A DNA stretch of 51,245 nt. Origin: a bacterium (lineage in GTDB: Bacteria > Bacillota_I > Bacilli_A > RF39 > UBA660). Each line of letters starts with the position of its first letter. The first letter of the stretch is position 1. Shown in pieces: positions 1 to 9,079 of this stretch. A program made the translations under genes and the position numbers. The stretch is taken from contig JAUNNO010000003.1 of assembly GCA_030531425.1 (NCBI GenBank), positions 1 through 51,245 of the forward strand, read 5' to 3'. The notes beneath the pieces are model-generated. The model had not been told where the DNA came from, did no database searches, and saw only the letters and a list, made by a program, of their open reading frames with translations.

Positions 1-163
1 ATGTAGTAATTCCAAATGGAAAGATAAAATTAAATAAAATATCAAACGTATTATTAAAATGATTAAATAAAATTACATATAAAACACTTATAAAAACAGA
101 ACAAATATATGTAATTGGAAATTTATAAATTATATTTTTTAATCTTTGAACATTATTTTTCAT
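1..163 (-). CDS. Membrane protein, 5' part only (runs off the window edge)
   Basis: ATG at 163 with GGGTGA RBS. Open hydrophobic frame MKNNVQRLKNIIYKFPITYICSVFISVLYVILF... continues to position 1. Confidence 0.6.
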   Translation of the reverse strand, partial: MKNNVQRLKNIIYKFPITYICSVFISVLYVILFNHFNNTFDILFNFIFPFGITT

Positions 164-187
164 AATATCACCCACTATATTGTATCG

Positions 188-580
188 CTACTTAACAATA
201 TAATTATTTTTTATATAGTTTTCAACTAAAGGGATCCTTAATTTATCCTTTTCTCTTGTACTTGATTTTAAATAATCTAAATAATTATTAATATCTTGCA
301 AATAATAATCTCCAAATTTTTCTTTTTTTAATTCCATATCATCTAATATACATTCTACTTTATCATTTACAGTATACCAGCCGTTTTCCTTACGCTTTAA
401 ATTATAATTATCATTTAACTGTTTTAAACCTTTTTTTGTAACAGCAATATCTAAATCTCCAGCTGATTCATAAATACCTCTTAAAACTAATGCACCTGAT
501 GATAATATAACAAATTCATTAGTATCTATTTTTAATGTATTTATTAATTTAAGTAGTTCTTCTTTATTCATCCTATTCAT
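188..580 (-). CDS. Nucleotidyltransferase-like protein
   Basis: SSGAL...GDLDI resembles the pol-beta NTase GS..DxD motif. AGGAGG RBS. Confidence 0.6.
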   Translation of the reverse strand: MNRMNKEELLKLINTLKIDTNEFVILSSGALVLRGIYESAGDLDIAVTKKGLKQLNDNYNLKRKENGWYTVNDKVECILDDMELKKEKFGDYYLQDINNYLDYLKSSTREKDKLRIPLVENYIKNNYIVK

Positions 581-610
581 ATATCCTCCTTTAAATATTT
601 AATATTTTTA

Positions 611-1063
611 TTATATACAATCTATATAAAATAATTTTTCGCCATCATTTAATGTTTCAATATAAATAGCTCCAAATTTTTCATAATAGTTTATTAAATT
701 GCTTTTTAAATATACTTTTTTATAATTTAATTCTTTTGCTTGTTTTAAAATTGCATTATTTAGTATTTTTGAATATCCTTTACCCCTATATTCTTTTTTT
801 ACATACATGGTAGCATACCAAGGTGTTAAATCTCTTCTCTCATCGCCATCATATTTAAACAATGATATAAAACCAACTAACTTATCATCTTCTTCTATTC
901 CAAGTATACTAATTACTTTATCTCCGTTTAATATTTTTTTAGACTTTTCTTCCACATATTTTTCCATTTCAATTATAGATTTAGGCGTACCCCACTCTAA
1001 ACTACACAATTTAATATACTCTTTTAAGTATTTAATATTTCTTTTTATATTAATAATTTTCAT
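611..1063 (-). CDS. GNAT family acetyltransferase
   Basis: Motif A YVKKEYRGKGYS and C-terminal NYYEKFG. Confidence 0.85.
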   Translation of the reverse strand: MKIINIKRNIKYLKEYIKLCSLEWGTPKSIIEMEKYVEEKSKKILNGDKVISILGIEEDDKLVGFISLFKYDGDERRDLTPWYATMYVKKEYRGKGYSKILNNAILKQAKELNYKKVYLKSNLINYYEKFGAIYIETLNDGEKLFYIDCI

Positions 1064-1173
1064 AACATCACTATATTAATTATAATAAAAATTCATTATA
1101 CTTGTTACCTTTCAAATTTTATATATACATATTTGAATTATATCTTCAATATTTATTAATAATTCTTATATTG

Positions 1174-1560
1174 TTATTTAAATAACAATGGGCATACACT
1201 TTCTTTACCATCAAATAACCCCATCTTTATATTATATTTATCTATTACTTTTTCAATCTCTTTTTTTTCAATCATACACGTACTTGTTACATAACCATCT
1301 TTATCATAATAAATATCCTTTATATAACTTATGAAAGGAAAACGGTCATATATAAAGGCAATATCATTAATAAAACCCACATTTTTATAATATGTACCAT
1401 CTTCATACGTCTTTTCAACATTTTTAACTAAATACCCCAAATCTCCACAGTCAAAATAACTACCATCACTCTTTTTTAAAAATCCATTATCATTATATTT
1501 AACTTCAACACCAAATAAATATTCTGTATTCCCTAGCCTAATTCTTTCCTCTAATATCAT
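1174..1560 (-). CDS. Hypothetical protein
   Basis: ORF track. Start moved to ATG 1560, which follows an AGGAGA RBS. Confidence 0.6.
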   Translation of the reverse strand: MILEERIRLGNTEYLFGVEVKYNDNGFLKKSDGSYFDCGDLGYLVKNVEKTYEDGTYYKNVGFINDIAFIYDRFPFISYIKDIYYDKDGYVTSTCMIEKKEIEKVIDKYNIKMGLFDGKESVCPLLFK

Positions 1561-1696
1561 AATATCTCCTTTTAAAATCGATTCTATATTCATAAATAAA
1601 TAAAACTTAACGATTACATCCATATTTTAACATAAAAACTTCAATATTTCTATCCCATTATAATTATTCATAACCACCTTAGCCATTAAAAGCAGA

Positions 1697-1840
1697 TTAT
1701 TCATCTGCTTTCTTACTAGATAAAAATGTAACTTTCTCCGCTATTACTTCTACATATCTTTTATGAGTTTCATCTTCTAGTTCTACATCTCTTATTTGAA
1801 TTCTAACTTTAATACCTATTAATGGTTTTTGATAATACAT
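1697..1840 (-). pseudogene. ssb: Truncated second ssb copy (C-terminal 47 codons)
   Basis: Translates MYYQKPLIGIKVRIQIRDVELEDETHKRYVEVIAEKVTFLSSKKADE, matching the C-terminus of 3209..3535. Confidence 0.8.
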
Positions 1841-2406
1841 TATTTTAAAATATTTTTAAATTTATTTTCTAAAAAATATTTATAATCTAAAGTTATATTT
1901 GGATCATTATATTCTCTTTTTATAACTTTATATAACCATTCTTTCTTTGTTTTAACAAATTCAACATATCTAACAATTCGTATATTTCCTTTTTTTTCTT
2001 CTTCTAAAATAGCCTCATAAGCGTCTTTTATATATTCGCACCCATCAACCTTTACACTATCAGAAGTTGTATATGCAAAAGGAATATCTTCTTGTTTATT
2101 TATATTTTCTATTATTTCTACGCTATAAATATATCCACTTACCCCTTTATAAGTTTCCTCTAATGCATTTGGATAATATTCTTCAATACGCTCAATTCCA
2201 TCTTTATCAAATCCATATGAAGCCCATTTATTCCACCCCTCGTCCCATTTGAAATTGTTTTCCTTGCAAAATTTTTCTACTGCATTACTTAAATATACTA
2301 AAACATTCTCTCTTTTTTCTGAAAAATAAATTAAGGGCTTTTTATGATTTGAAATGTGTGGAACTAATTCTTTTATATCTTTAACTTGGGATGCATGATA
2401 ATACAT
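1840..2406 (-). CDS. Hypothetical protein, possibly ADP-ribosyltransferase-like fold
   Basis: Start MYYHAS after GAGGTG RBS. YHAS..L.P..IYFS..GYIYSV pattern; fold call is weak. Confidence 0.55.
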   Translation of the reverse strand: MYYHASQVKDIKELVPHISNHKKPLIYFSEKRENVLVYLSNAVEKFCKENNFKWDEGWNKWASYGFDKDGIERIEEYYPNALEETYKGVSGYIYSVEIIENINKQEDIPFAYTTSDSVKVDGCEYIKDAYEAILEEEKKGNIRIVRYVEFVKTKKEWLYKVIKREYNDPNITLDYKYFLENKFKNILK

Positions 2407-2514
2407 AGCTTTCACCTCTACGTTAATTATATCACAATATTTCATATTCTCTCTAGCAATTATTCCAATTTTTTATTATATTTATAGTTTAAATTATTAT
2501 TTTTACTTATTATA

Positions 2515-2618
2515 TGTTAGTGCTAATATAAAAATGTAAGAAAATGATTAAATAAAAATGTAGGAAAAACGACATAATTATTTAAGCGAAAAACGACATT
2601 TTTATATTAGCACTAACA
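2515..2618. mobile_element. 104-bp MITE / internally deleted IS with TGT..ACA ends
   Basis: Perfect 23-bp terminal inverted repeat TGTTAGTGCTAATATAAAAATGT (2515-2537 / 2596-2618). Internal repeats TAAAAATGTA and GAAAAACGACAT. No target duplication seen. Confidence 0.75.
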
Positions 2619-3181
2619 ACTTGCAGTCATTCCAGACCATTCTTTATATATTTCATTTGTAAGTATAGCAAATTCAACATTATCCTTGATTCCATTATCA
2701 TGCCATACTTGTGTTAATTTTTTCTATTTATAATAGCTTTAATTCTATGTTCAATCCATTCAAATGTATAACCTTTAGCTAAATAAAAATTTATCATCTC
2801 GTCTATACCTTTTGATGGATCAAATACTTCATCTATCTTTTGATGTCCTAATTTAGCTAACCATAGTTTAAATGGTTCAGCTTTAGGGCTTGGAACCGAT
2901 TCTATTAGTCTAAATATTCCTTTTGTATCTAGTGTGTCAGTTTCGCGTAGTTTTCCATCTTGAGCTTTCATTTTCAAACGTACGATATTTTCGTACAGTT
3001 GACTTCCTTCATCAATAAGTTTCCTTTTTAAATCAGTCCAATATCTTTTTGGTATTGCACTATCAGTTAATGCATATATTACGTCAACAACACTAAAATA
3101 ATAATCTTCTTTTTCACTATCCCATATACTTCTTATTTCATAGCCTTCAAATATATTTTTTATTGTATCTAATTTATTCAT
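2619..3181 (-). pseudogene. Bro-N domain protein, frameshifted and truncated
   Basis: Paralog of 38058..38924. A one-base loss in the A6 run at 2718-2723 shifts the frame. Homology resumes (LTQVWHDNGIKDNVEFAILTNEIYKEWSGMTAS) until the MITE end at 2618. Confidence 0.8.
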
Positions 3182-3208
3182 AATCACCTCAACTATTAAA
3201 AGCAGATA

Positions 3209-3535
3209 TTATTCTGCTTTCTTACTAGATAAAAATGTAACTTTTTCTGCTATCACTTCTGTTGTATATTTTTTATTTCCTTCAGCATTTTCATATACGC
3301 TTGTTTGAATTCTTCCTTTAATGCCAACAAGATCACCTTTCTTGCAATATTCAACTGTACTTTCTGCAACTCCTTTCCAAAGAACACAAGAAATAAAGTC
3401 AGTATCGTATTCACCATTCATATTTTTAAATGATCTTGGGACTGCTAAAGTTATGTTTGCTAGCTTACCTTTATCCGTTTTTTTTAATTCAGGCTCTTGA
3501 ACAATTCTTCCAACCAAAACTGCTTGATTAAGCAC
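3209..3535 (-). CDS. ssb: Single-stranded DNA-binding protein (short, no acidic DDLPF tail)
   Basis: MLNQAVLVGR...DFISCVLW...KGDLVGIKGRIQT is a typical SSB OB fold. GGAGG RBS, GTG start. Confidence 0.92.
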   Translation of the reverse strand: MLNQAVLVGRIVQEPELKKTDKGKLANITLAVPRSFKNMNGEYDTDFISCVLWKGVAESTVEYCKKGDLVGIKGRIQTSVYENAEGNKKYTTEVIAEKVTFLSSKKAE

Positions 3536-3731
3536 AATTTCCCTCCTTTCAGTTAAAGAATATCATATCAAACATACATTAGCAAAAGTATGAAATTGAT
3601 ATATAGATTTTAAAAAATATATATTTTTTCTTTTTTACAATATAAAACCTAAATACTTAAAATTATATATTGCAATTATTTAAATTTAATATTTTATAAA
3701 AAAAAATACAAATTTGATAATTTGTACTCCA

Positions 3732-5045
3732 TTAAAAATAATTTTTTAAAAGCGCATTTAATTCAACTGCATACTCCATTGGAAGCTCTTCTCTAAATCT
3801 ATCAATAAATCCCATTATTAACAACTCTTTCGCTTTTTCTAAAGTAAGTCCCCTACTCATAAGATAAAATAGTTTTTCCTTGCTTATTTTTGATACTGTT
3901 GCCTCGTGATTGATATTTGAAGAATCATTACAAACCTCATTTATGGGTATGGTATCACTTCTAGATATTTCATCTATTATTATAGTATCACATTTAACTG
4001 TACTTTTAGAATTAATTGCATCCTTACTAATCTTCACTTTACCTCTATAAGTAGCATCGCCACCATTTAAAGCTATTGATTTACTTATTATTTCGCTTGT
4101 TGTATTTGGAGCAAGATGTATCATACGAGCTCCAGCATCTTGTATTTGATCTTTCGCAGCAACAGCTATTGATATACACCTGCCTTTAGAATATTTACCA
4201 TTTAATATACAAGATGGATACTTCATATTGATTTTAGAGCCAATATTCCCATCAATCCACTCCATTAATCCAGAATCTTCTACTATTGCCCTTTTTGTTA
4301 CTAAATTATAAACATTATTAGACCAATTTTGAATAGTAGTGTATCTACATTTAGAGTTCTTACCAACATAAATTTCAACTACAGCTGCATGCAGCGAATC
4401 AGAAGAATATATAGGGGCTGTACAACCTTCCATATAATGCAACTGTGAATTATCATCAACAATAATAATTGTTCTTTCAAATTGTCCCATATTTACACTA
4501 TTTATTCTAAAATAACTTTGAAGTGGTCTATCCAATTTTGTATTAGGAGGTATATATATAAATGTTCCACCACTCCATACAGCTCCATTTAAAGCAGTAT
4601 ATTTATTTTCATCATAACTAACTAATTTATTAAAATATTTTTTAAATATTTTAGGATATCTTTTTAAAGCTGTATCTGTATCACAAAAAATAACATTTTT
4701 ATCTAGCAATTCTTTTAACATATTATGATATATAGATTCACTTTCTACTTGAGCACCTACACCAGCTAAATATTTTTGTTCTGCTTCTATTATTCCAAGC
4801 TTATCAAATGTGTTTTTTATATCTTGTGGAACATCATCCCAACTTTTAGATGACTCACCCACTTTTTTATAATATGTTATATCATCAAAATTAATCTTTA
4901 ATTCTGGCCCAAAAGATGGATTAGGTAATTCTTTGAATTTTTCATAGGATTTTAATCTAAAATCTAACATCCATTTTGGCTCTTTCTTAATTTTTGATAT
5001 TTCAATAATTTTTTGTCTATCAATACCCTTATGCATAAAATTCAC
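3732..5045 (-). CDS. sufB: Fe-S cluster assembly protein SufB
   Basis: [42 protein letters not shown]. Confidence 0.95.
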   Translation of the reverse strand: MNFMHKGIDRQKIIEISKIKKEPKWMLDFRLKSYEKFKELPNPSFGPELKINFDDITYYKKVGESSKSWDDVPQDIKNTFDKLGIIEAEQKYLAGVGAQVESESIYHNMLKELLDKNVIFCDTDTALKRYPKIFKKYFNKLVSYDENKYTALNGAVWSGGTFIYIPPNTKLDRPLQSYFRINSVNMGQFERTIIIVDDNSQLHYMEGCTAPIYSSDSLHAAVVEIYVGKNSKCRYTTIQNWSNNVYNLVTKRAIVEDSGLMEWIDGNIGSKINMKYPSCILNGKYSKGRCISIAVAAKDQIQDAGARMIHLAPNTTSEIISKSIALNGGDATYRGKVKISKDAINSKSTVKCDTIIIDEISRSDTIPINEVCNDSSNINHEATVSKISKEKLFYLMSRGLTLEKAKELLIMGFIDRFREELPMEYAVELNALLKNYF

Positions 5046-5092
5046 CTAACTACATTATACTAAATATTAAAAAAAATAAAAAGCAAAATTAA

Positions 5093-5515
5093 CTATTTTA
5101 GTTTTTTTTGCTTAACATTATCTTCTATTTCCTCTTTACTAATTAATTTTAAATAATCTTCATTACTTATTAAATTTCCATCTATAAATTTTTCGCCATT
5201 TTGGAGCCTTTTTATTATTTTTTTTGATTTTTCTATTTCATCTAGTGTGAAAGTTTTGGAAGGCATTCCTTTTACTCCCACTCTTTTACCATCTTTTATT
5301 TTATCTTTAAATTTAGTTAAAACAAAAAGTCTACTAACAGTTGGCAAAAAATCATATTGTTGCTCTGTTTCTATATCAATTACAATATTTTTTTCTTTAT
5401 CAATAACACAATTTCTAACTGGATAATCTGAAAAATTAGGTAAAACATTTATTTCATTTACAAAAATGAAAGGACATATGTATATGCAAACAATTTCAAA
5501 CCTATTTTCTTTCAT
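5093..5515 (-). CDS. Hypothetical protein
   Basis: ORF overlapping the sufU 3' end, with GGAGG RBS. Confidence 0.65.
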   Translation of the reverse strand: MKENRFEIVCIYICPFIFVNEINVLPNFSDYPVRNCVIDKEKNIVIDIETEQQYDFLPTVSRLFVLTKFKDKIKDGKRVGVKGMPSKTFTLDEIEKSKKIIKRLQNGEKFIDGNLISNEDYLKLISKEEIEDNVKQKKLK

Positions 5516-5948
5516 TTATATCACTTACCTCCAAAAAATCTTTTATACCATTCCAAGTTAATGTCGCACAATTTTTCCTATTAGGTTGTTTTGATATACC
5601 ATTATATACAAAAGCTTCACCCAATAAATCTTTATTATATTCCTTTTCATCAATCATATTATTAAAATTATTAATTATCTCTATTGCATCATTCAATGTT
5701 GTTCCAATTAATTTTTTTATCATTATTGAAGTAGAACTAGTACATATTGCACAAGCTTCACCATCAAAATGTATATCCTCTATTTTACCATTTACTAATT
5801 TTATTTCAAGATCTATTTGATCTATACAACTTTTACTATTAGTATTTATTTTACAATAAGTATTATCATTAACTAATCCCCTGTTAACAGGATTTTGATA
5901 ATTTTCTAATATTATTGCTCTTTTCAATTCATCATCCATACAAATCAC
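5502..5948 (-). CDS. sufU: SUF system NifU-like sulfur transfer protein SufU
   Basis: SCIDQI, FDGEACAICTSSTS, RKNCATLTW. Start may be ATG 5939. Confidence 0.92.
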   Translation of the reverse strand: MICMDDELKRAIILENYQNPVNRGLVNDNTYCKINTNSKSCIDQIDLEIKLVNGKIEDIHFDGEACAICTSSTSIMIKKLIGTTLNDAIEIINNFNNMIDEKEYNKDLLGEAFVYNGISKQPNRKNCATLTWNGIKDFLEVSDINERK

Positions 5949-6041
5949 ATAGTTATTATATTATATTTGAAATAAAATTGCAAATATGAATTTTTATTTT
6001 TTTCTTGAATATAATTTTAATATAGAAAGGATGAAATAAAT

Positions 6042-6302
6042 ATGGAAACACTTAAAGTAGGAACTAAGTCAAACCCTAATTCAGTAGCTGGAGCACTAGC
6101 TAATGTATTTAGAGAAAAAGGAAGTGTAGAAATACAAGCAATAGGTGCTGGAGCATTAAATCAAGCTATTAAAGCAATTGCTATAGCAAGAGGGTTTGTT
6201 GCTCCTAGTGGGAAAAACTTAGTATGTATACCAGCTTTCACAGATATTGTAATTGATGGTGATGAAAGAACAGCTATAAAATTAATAGTAGAAGCAAAAT
6301 AG
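6042..6302 (+). CDS. spoVS: Stage V sporulation protein S
   Basis: 86 aa, LKVGTKSNPNSVAGALA...AIGAGALNQAIKAIAIARGFVAPSG. Confidence 0.96.
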   Translation: METLKVGTKSNPNSVAGALANVFREKGSVEIQAIGAGALNQAIKAIAIARGFVAPSGKNLVCIPAFTDIVIDGDERTAIKLIVEAK

Positions 6303-6343
6303 CTTCTTTTTTTGATTTTTTCAGTATTTTTATAATTTAAGTA

Positions 6344-6372
6344 TTGACAAAAGAATATATATACTATATAAT
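6344..6372 (+). promoter_or_regulatory. Sigma-A promoter of tRNA-Gly
   Basis: TTGACA-17 bp-TATAAT, perfect consensus. Confidence 0.85.
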
Positions 6373-6390
6373 TTTAATTGTCTACGAATT

Positions 6391-6464
6391 GCGGGTGTAG
6401 TTCAATGGTAGAACTCCAGCCTTCCAAGCTGATAACGTGGGTCCGATTCCCATCACCCGCTCCA
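6391..6464 (+). tRNA. tRNA-Gly(TCC)
   Basis: Acceptor stem GCGGGTG/CACCCGC, D arm GTTC/GAAC, anticodon loop CTTCCAA, encoded CCA. Confidence 0.95.
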
Positions 6465-6466
6465 TT
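6445..6466 (+). repeat. attL core of the inovirus-like prophage
   Basis: GATTCCCATCACCCGCTCCATT is identical to 12195..12216. Extends to 29 bp with one mismatch (6438..6466 vs 12188..12216). Confidence 0.92.
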
Positions 6467-6475
6467 AAAGATTTG

Positions 6476-6507
6476 AAAAGAGTGTCAATGCCAGAGATAC
6501 TCTTTTT
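6476..6507. terminator. Bidirectional terminator between the tRNA and the integrase
   Basis: AAAAGAGTGTC...GATACTCTTTT hairpin with flanking A and T tracts. Confidence 0.65.
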
Positions 6508-7354
6508 AATGCAAATATACATCTACAGTCATAGATACAGTACTATGTCCCATTGACTTAGAAACAACATCAATTGGAGTTTTTTTATGTATCATGCGTG
6601 TTGCATAGCTATGTCTAAATTCATGTTGAGTTATTGGTTTTAAATTTGCTTTATTACAAGCTTTTAATTTATATCTATCAATGGTTGTTGGTGATAATGG
6701 CTTTACTCCACCAAAAATATAATAATCAAAACAATAGCCATATTTATTTATATACATATTTTTTAATATTTTAAACCTAAAAAGAGTTAGTAAACTAATT
6801 TTAATAGTTCTAATACTAGATTGATTTTTTGGAGTGTCAAGTTCTCTTCTTCCTTTTCTTTGAATACTATGATTTATATGTACTAAATTGTTTTCTAAAT
6901 CACTAAATCGTAAAGCCATAGCCTCACTAGGTCTAGTACCATAAAAAAACATAAAATTAAAATATTGTTTAATAATATAATTATCTAAATTATTCCTAAA
7001 TTTCAAGAACTCATTTAAAGTATAAATATTATGTTTTTTATTTTCAATTTTCTTTTTAAATTTAGGAACTTGCAAAACAATATTTTCATTTACAAAATCA
7101 CAATATTTACAATATCTAAAAAATGCACTAAATTCATAATATAAATTTTTATTAAAATTATTACTAAAATTAAATTGTAAGATATTATTTTGCCAGTTAA
7201 TAATATCAAGTTTAGTAATAGAATTTAATTTTCTATTTTTAAAATAAGGTAAAATATGCAAATTAAAATTTTTAACTATTGTTTCAAACCCTTGTTTTTT
7301 ATGCCGACTTGAAGCATATTCTAAATAATTATTGTAAGCTTCTTCAAAGCTCAT
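6506..7354 (-). CDS. Tyrosine recombinase / phage integrase
   Basis: Catalytic set GTRPSEA (R), TPKN (K), HEFRH (HxxR), MGH and VYLH (Y). Confidence 0.93.
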   Translation of the reverse strand: MSFEEAYNNYLEYASSRHKKQGFETIVKNFNLHILPYFKNRKLNSITKLDIINWQNNILQFNFSNNFNKNLYYEFSAFFRYCKYCDFVNENIVLQVPKFKKKIENKKHNIYTLNEFLKFRNNLDNYIIKQYFNFMFFYGTRPSEAMALRFSDLENNLVHINHSIQRKGRRELDTPKNQSSIRTIKISLLTLFRFKILKNMYINKYGYCFDYYIFGGVKPLSPTTIDRYKLKACNKANLKPITQHEFRHSYATRMIHKKTPIDVVSKSMGHSTVSMTVDVYLH

Positions 7355-7471
7355 TTTATCGCCTCCGGGCGAATATTATAACTAAAAATTATTTTTTGTC
7401 AAATCACCACCTAAGTTGATTATAACATAATATTAAAATAAAAAACAATAAAATATAGAAAGGAAATAATA

Positions 7472-7585
7472 ATGAATACGATTTTGGAAGAAATTAAAAA
7501 AATATTTGGAAGAGTTATTGGAAAAATACTATTAGCAATAATAATTATTATTATTTTTGCTATTATATCATCTTGCTCAAAATAA
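7472..7585 (+). CDS. 37-aa single-TM peptide, opposite strand to the other phage genes
   Basis: GAAAGGA RBS. MNTILEEIKKIFGRVIGKILLAIIIIIIFAIISSCSK. Confidence 0.55.
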   Translation: MNTILEEIKKIFGRVIGKILLAIIIIIIFAIISSCSK

Positions 7586-7604
7586 TTAGGACTAATGGTC
7601 TTTT

Positions 7605-8186
7605 TTATTTTGTTATTTCACCTAATTCAATATCTTTTATTTTATGTCTAATACTTGTAATAAAAGTATTAAAAAATATTGTATGACTAGCAGCAACACT
7701 CCACATCTGATTTAAATCATTTTCTAATAAAATTATAAGTAAATCAGAGTATTCTAATATATTATTTGCAATTATAAATTGTTGTATTTCTTTTTTATAT
7801 TTATCTATTTCAGTACGAGTTAATTCATTAACTTGATTAGTATCAAATCCATTAATTAAAATCCTATCCCTATCATCATATTGATATTTTTCAGGATTAT
7901 CTAAATGTATATGATATCTATACATACCTCGCAAGCTTTCAAGTTTAATAGGTATTGTCATATTAAGACTATCACAAAATTCTTTAACATGATTATAAGT
8001 AGTTGGTCCGTCATAATTAAATATAATATGATAATGCGATTTTTTTTCAGTGCCATCTGGATTAATATCATTATCATGTAATGGACTTACAGCTATCTGT
8101 AAGCCGGTGTCTTGAAGTTTATCAAGCCAATCAGTAGGAAGACTTTCGGGATATCCTACACTAGCCCAAATACGACCTTTTTTCAT
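7605..8186 (-). CDS. rep: Rolling-circle replication initiator, pMV158/Rep_2 family (HUH)
   Basis: YPES, SPLHDND, KKSHYHII (HUH), YHIHLDNPEKYQY. GAAAGGAG RBS before ATG 8186. Confidence 0.92.
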   Translation of the reverse strand: MKKGRIWASVGYPESLPTDWLDKLQDTGLQIAVSPLHDNDINPDGTEKKSHYHIIFNYDGPTTYNHVKEFCDSLNMTIPIKLESLRGMYRYHIHLDNPEKYQYDDRDRILINGFDTNQVNELTRTEIDKYKKEIQQFIIANNILEYSDLLIILLENDLNQMWSVAASHTIFFNTFITSIRHKIKDIELGEITK

Positions 8187-8226
8187 AAAAAACTCCTTTC
8201 GATTGTCACAATTCACAATGCACCCA

Positions 8227-8253
8227 TTGGGGGGTGTCGTAGTAACCCCCCAA
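8227..8253 (-). promoter_or_regulatory. Double-strand origin nick hairpin (pMV158/pE194 type)
   Basis: Minus strand TTGGGGGGT-TACTACGAC-ACCCCCCAA. The loop is the conserved TACTACG/AC nick sequence, just upstream of rep. Confidence 0.9.
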
Positions 8254-8291
8254 AAAATGATGTATTGATAGGTGGCATAAATGCCACACTA

Positions 8292-8936
8292 TCAATATTT
8301 TTGAAATTCTTTTGATGGTAATTCTTTATAAGAATAGCTGTCAAATAATTTCCACAATTTAGGGCAATAAATATATTTAGTACCAAAAATAACGAATTGA
8401 TATTGATCTATAAGTTGCTTACTAATTGAATCAATTCCTATTTTTTTAGAAACCTGTTTTCTCTTAACAAAACCAGGAAATATTGATTTATTAACTATAA
8501 ATATTCGGGTAGCTAATTTACGAAGTTTTAAATCAATATCAAAATCTTGAGAAAACATGGCAATATCTACATTATAGTGTCTATGAAATTTATAAAAATA
8601 AGTTTCATCGTGACTAAAAGATTTAAAATTTCTATTATTATAATCAATTCCAGCCTCGTCCATTATTAATAAACAATCTTTAATCATATAAGTGCCAATA
8701 TCACTTTTAACAACTTTATAACTACCTTTTATAGGTACGTTAGAAAGAACAACTCCAAATTTTTTATTTTTTTTACCCTTTTTAAATCTTTTCTTAGCTA
8801 AATAAGCGGCGAAAGTTGTTTTTCCACTTCCAGGTACACCAATATACATATCAAATCTATTTGATTTATGTGAACGCAAATTTCCGATGAAAATCCAAAG
8901 AAAAAAACAACTTCCTAAAAAAATTATAAATTTCAT
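8292..8936 (-). CDS. Zot/pI-like assembly ATPase with N-terminal TM
   Basis: Walker A GVPGSGKT, Walker B LLIMDEAG, HRHYNVDIAMFSQ, hydrophobic N-terminus. Confidence 0.9.
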   Translation of the reverse strand: MKFIIFLGSCFFLWIFIGNLRSHKSNRFDMYIGVPGSGKTTFAAYLAKKRFKKGKKNKKFGVVLSNVPIKGSYKVVKSDIGTYMIKDCLLIMDEAGIDYNNRNFKSFSHDETYFYKFHRHYNVDIAMFSQDFDIDLKLRKLATRIFIVNKSIFPGFVKRKQVSKKIGIDSISKQLIDQYQFVIFGTKYIYCPKLWKLFDSYSYKELPSKEFQKY

Positions 8937-9019
8937 AAAAATTTCTCCTTTTGGTTAGTAACATTAAAATGATAAAGTATTATCATTTTAATACAAAACC
9001 ATTATAATTAAATATTAGC

Positions 9020-9078
9020 GTCAATAATTTTCTCGGCATAAAAGCAACAAGTTGCATTTATTCCAATTGCTTATTGAC
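9020..9078 (-). promoter_or_regulatory. Single-strand origin (ssoA/RSB-like) hairpin
   Basis: TTTATGCCGAGAAAA (RSB-like, 9028-9042) on the nicked strand, inside an imperfect hairpin closed by GTCAATAA/TTATTGAC. Confidence 0.7.
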
Positions 9079-9079
9079 T

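Noticed and set aside
2714-2723. Programmed frameshift or phase variation in the Bro-N A6 run
   Set aside because: The gene is also truncated by the MITE, so decay or a sequencing indel is simpler.
188-3200. Integron cassette array
   Set aside because: No integron integrase and no repeated attC-like sites between the genes.
9015-9021. TAGCGT as the ssoA CS-6 box
   Set aside because: It is on the strand opposite to the RSB and nick strand and not in a hairpin loop.
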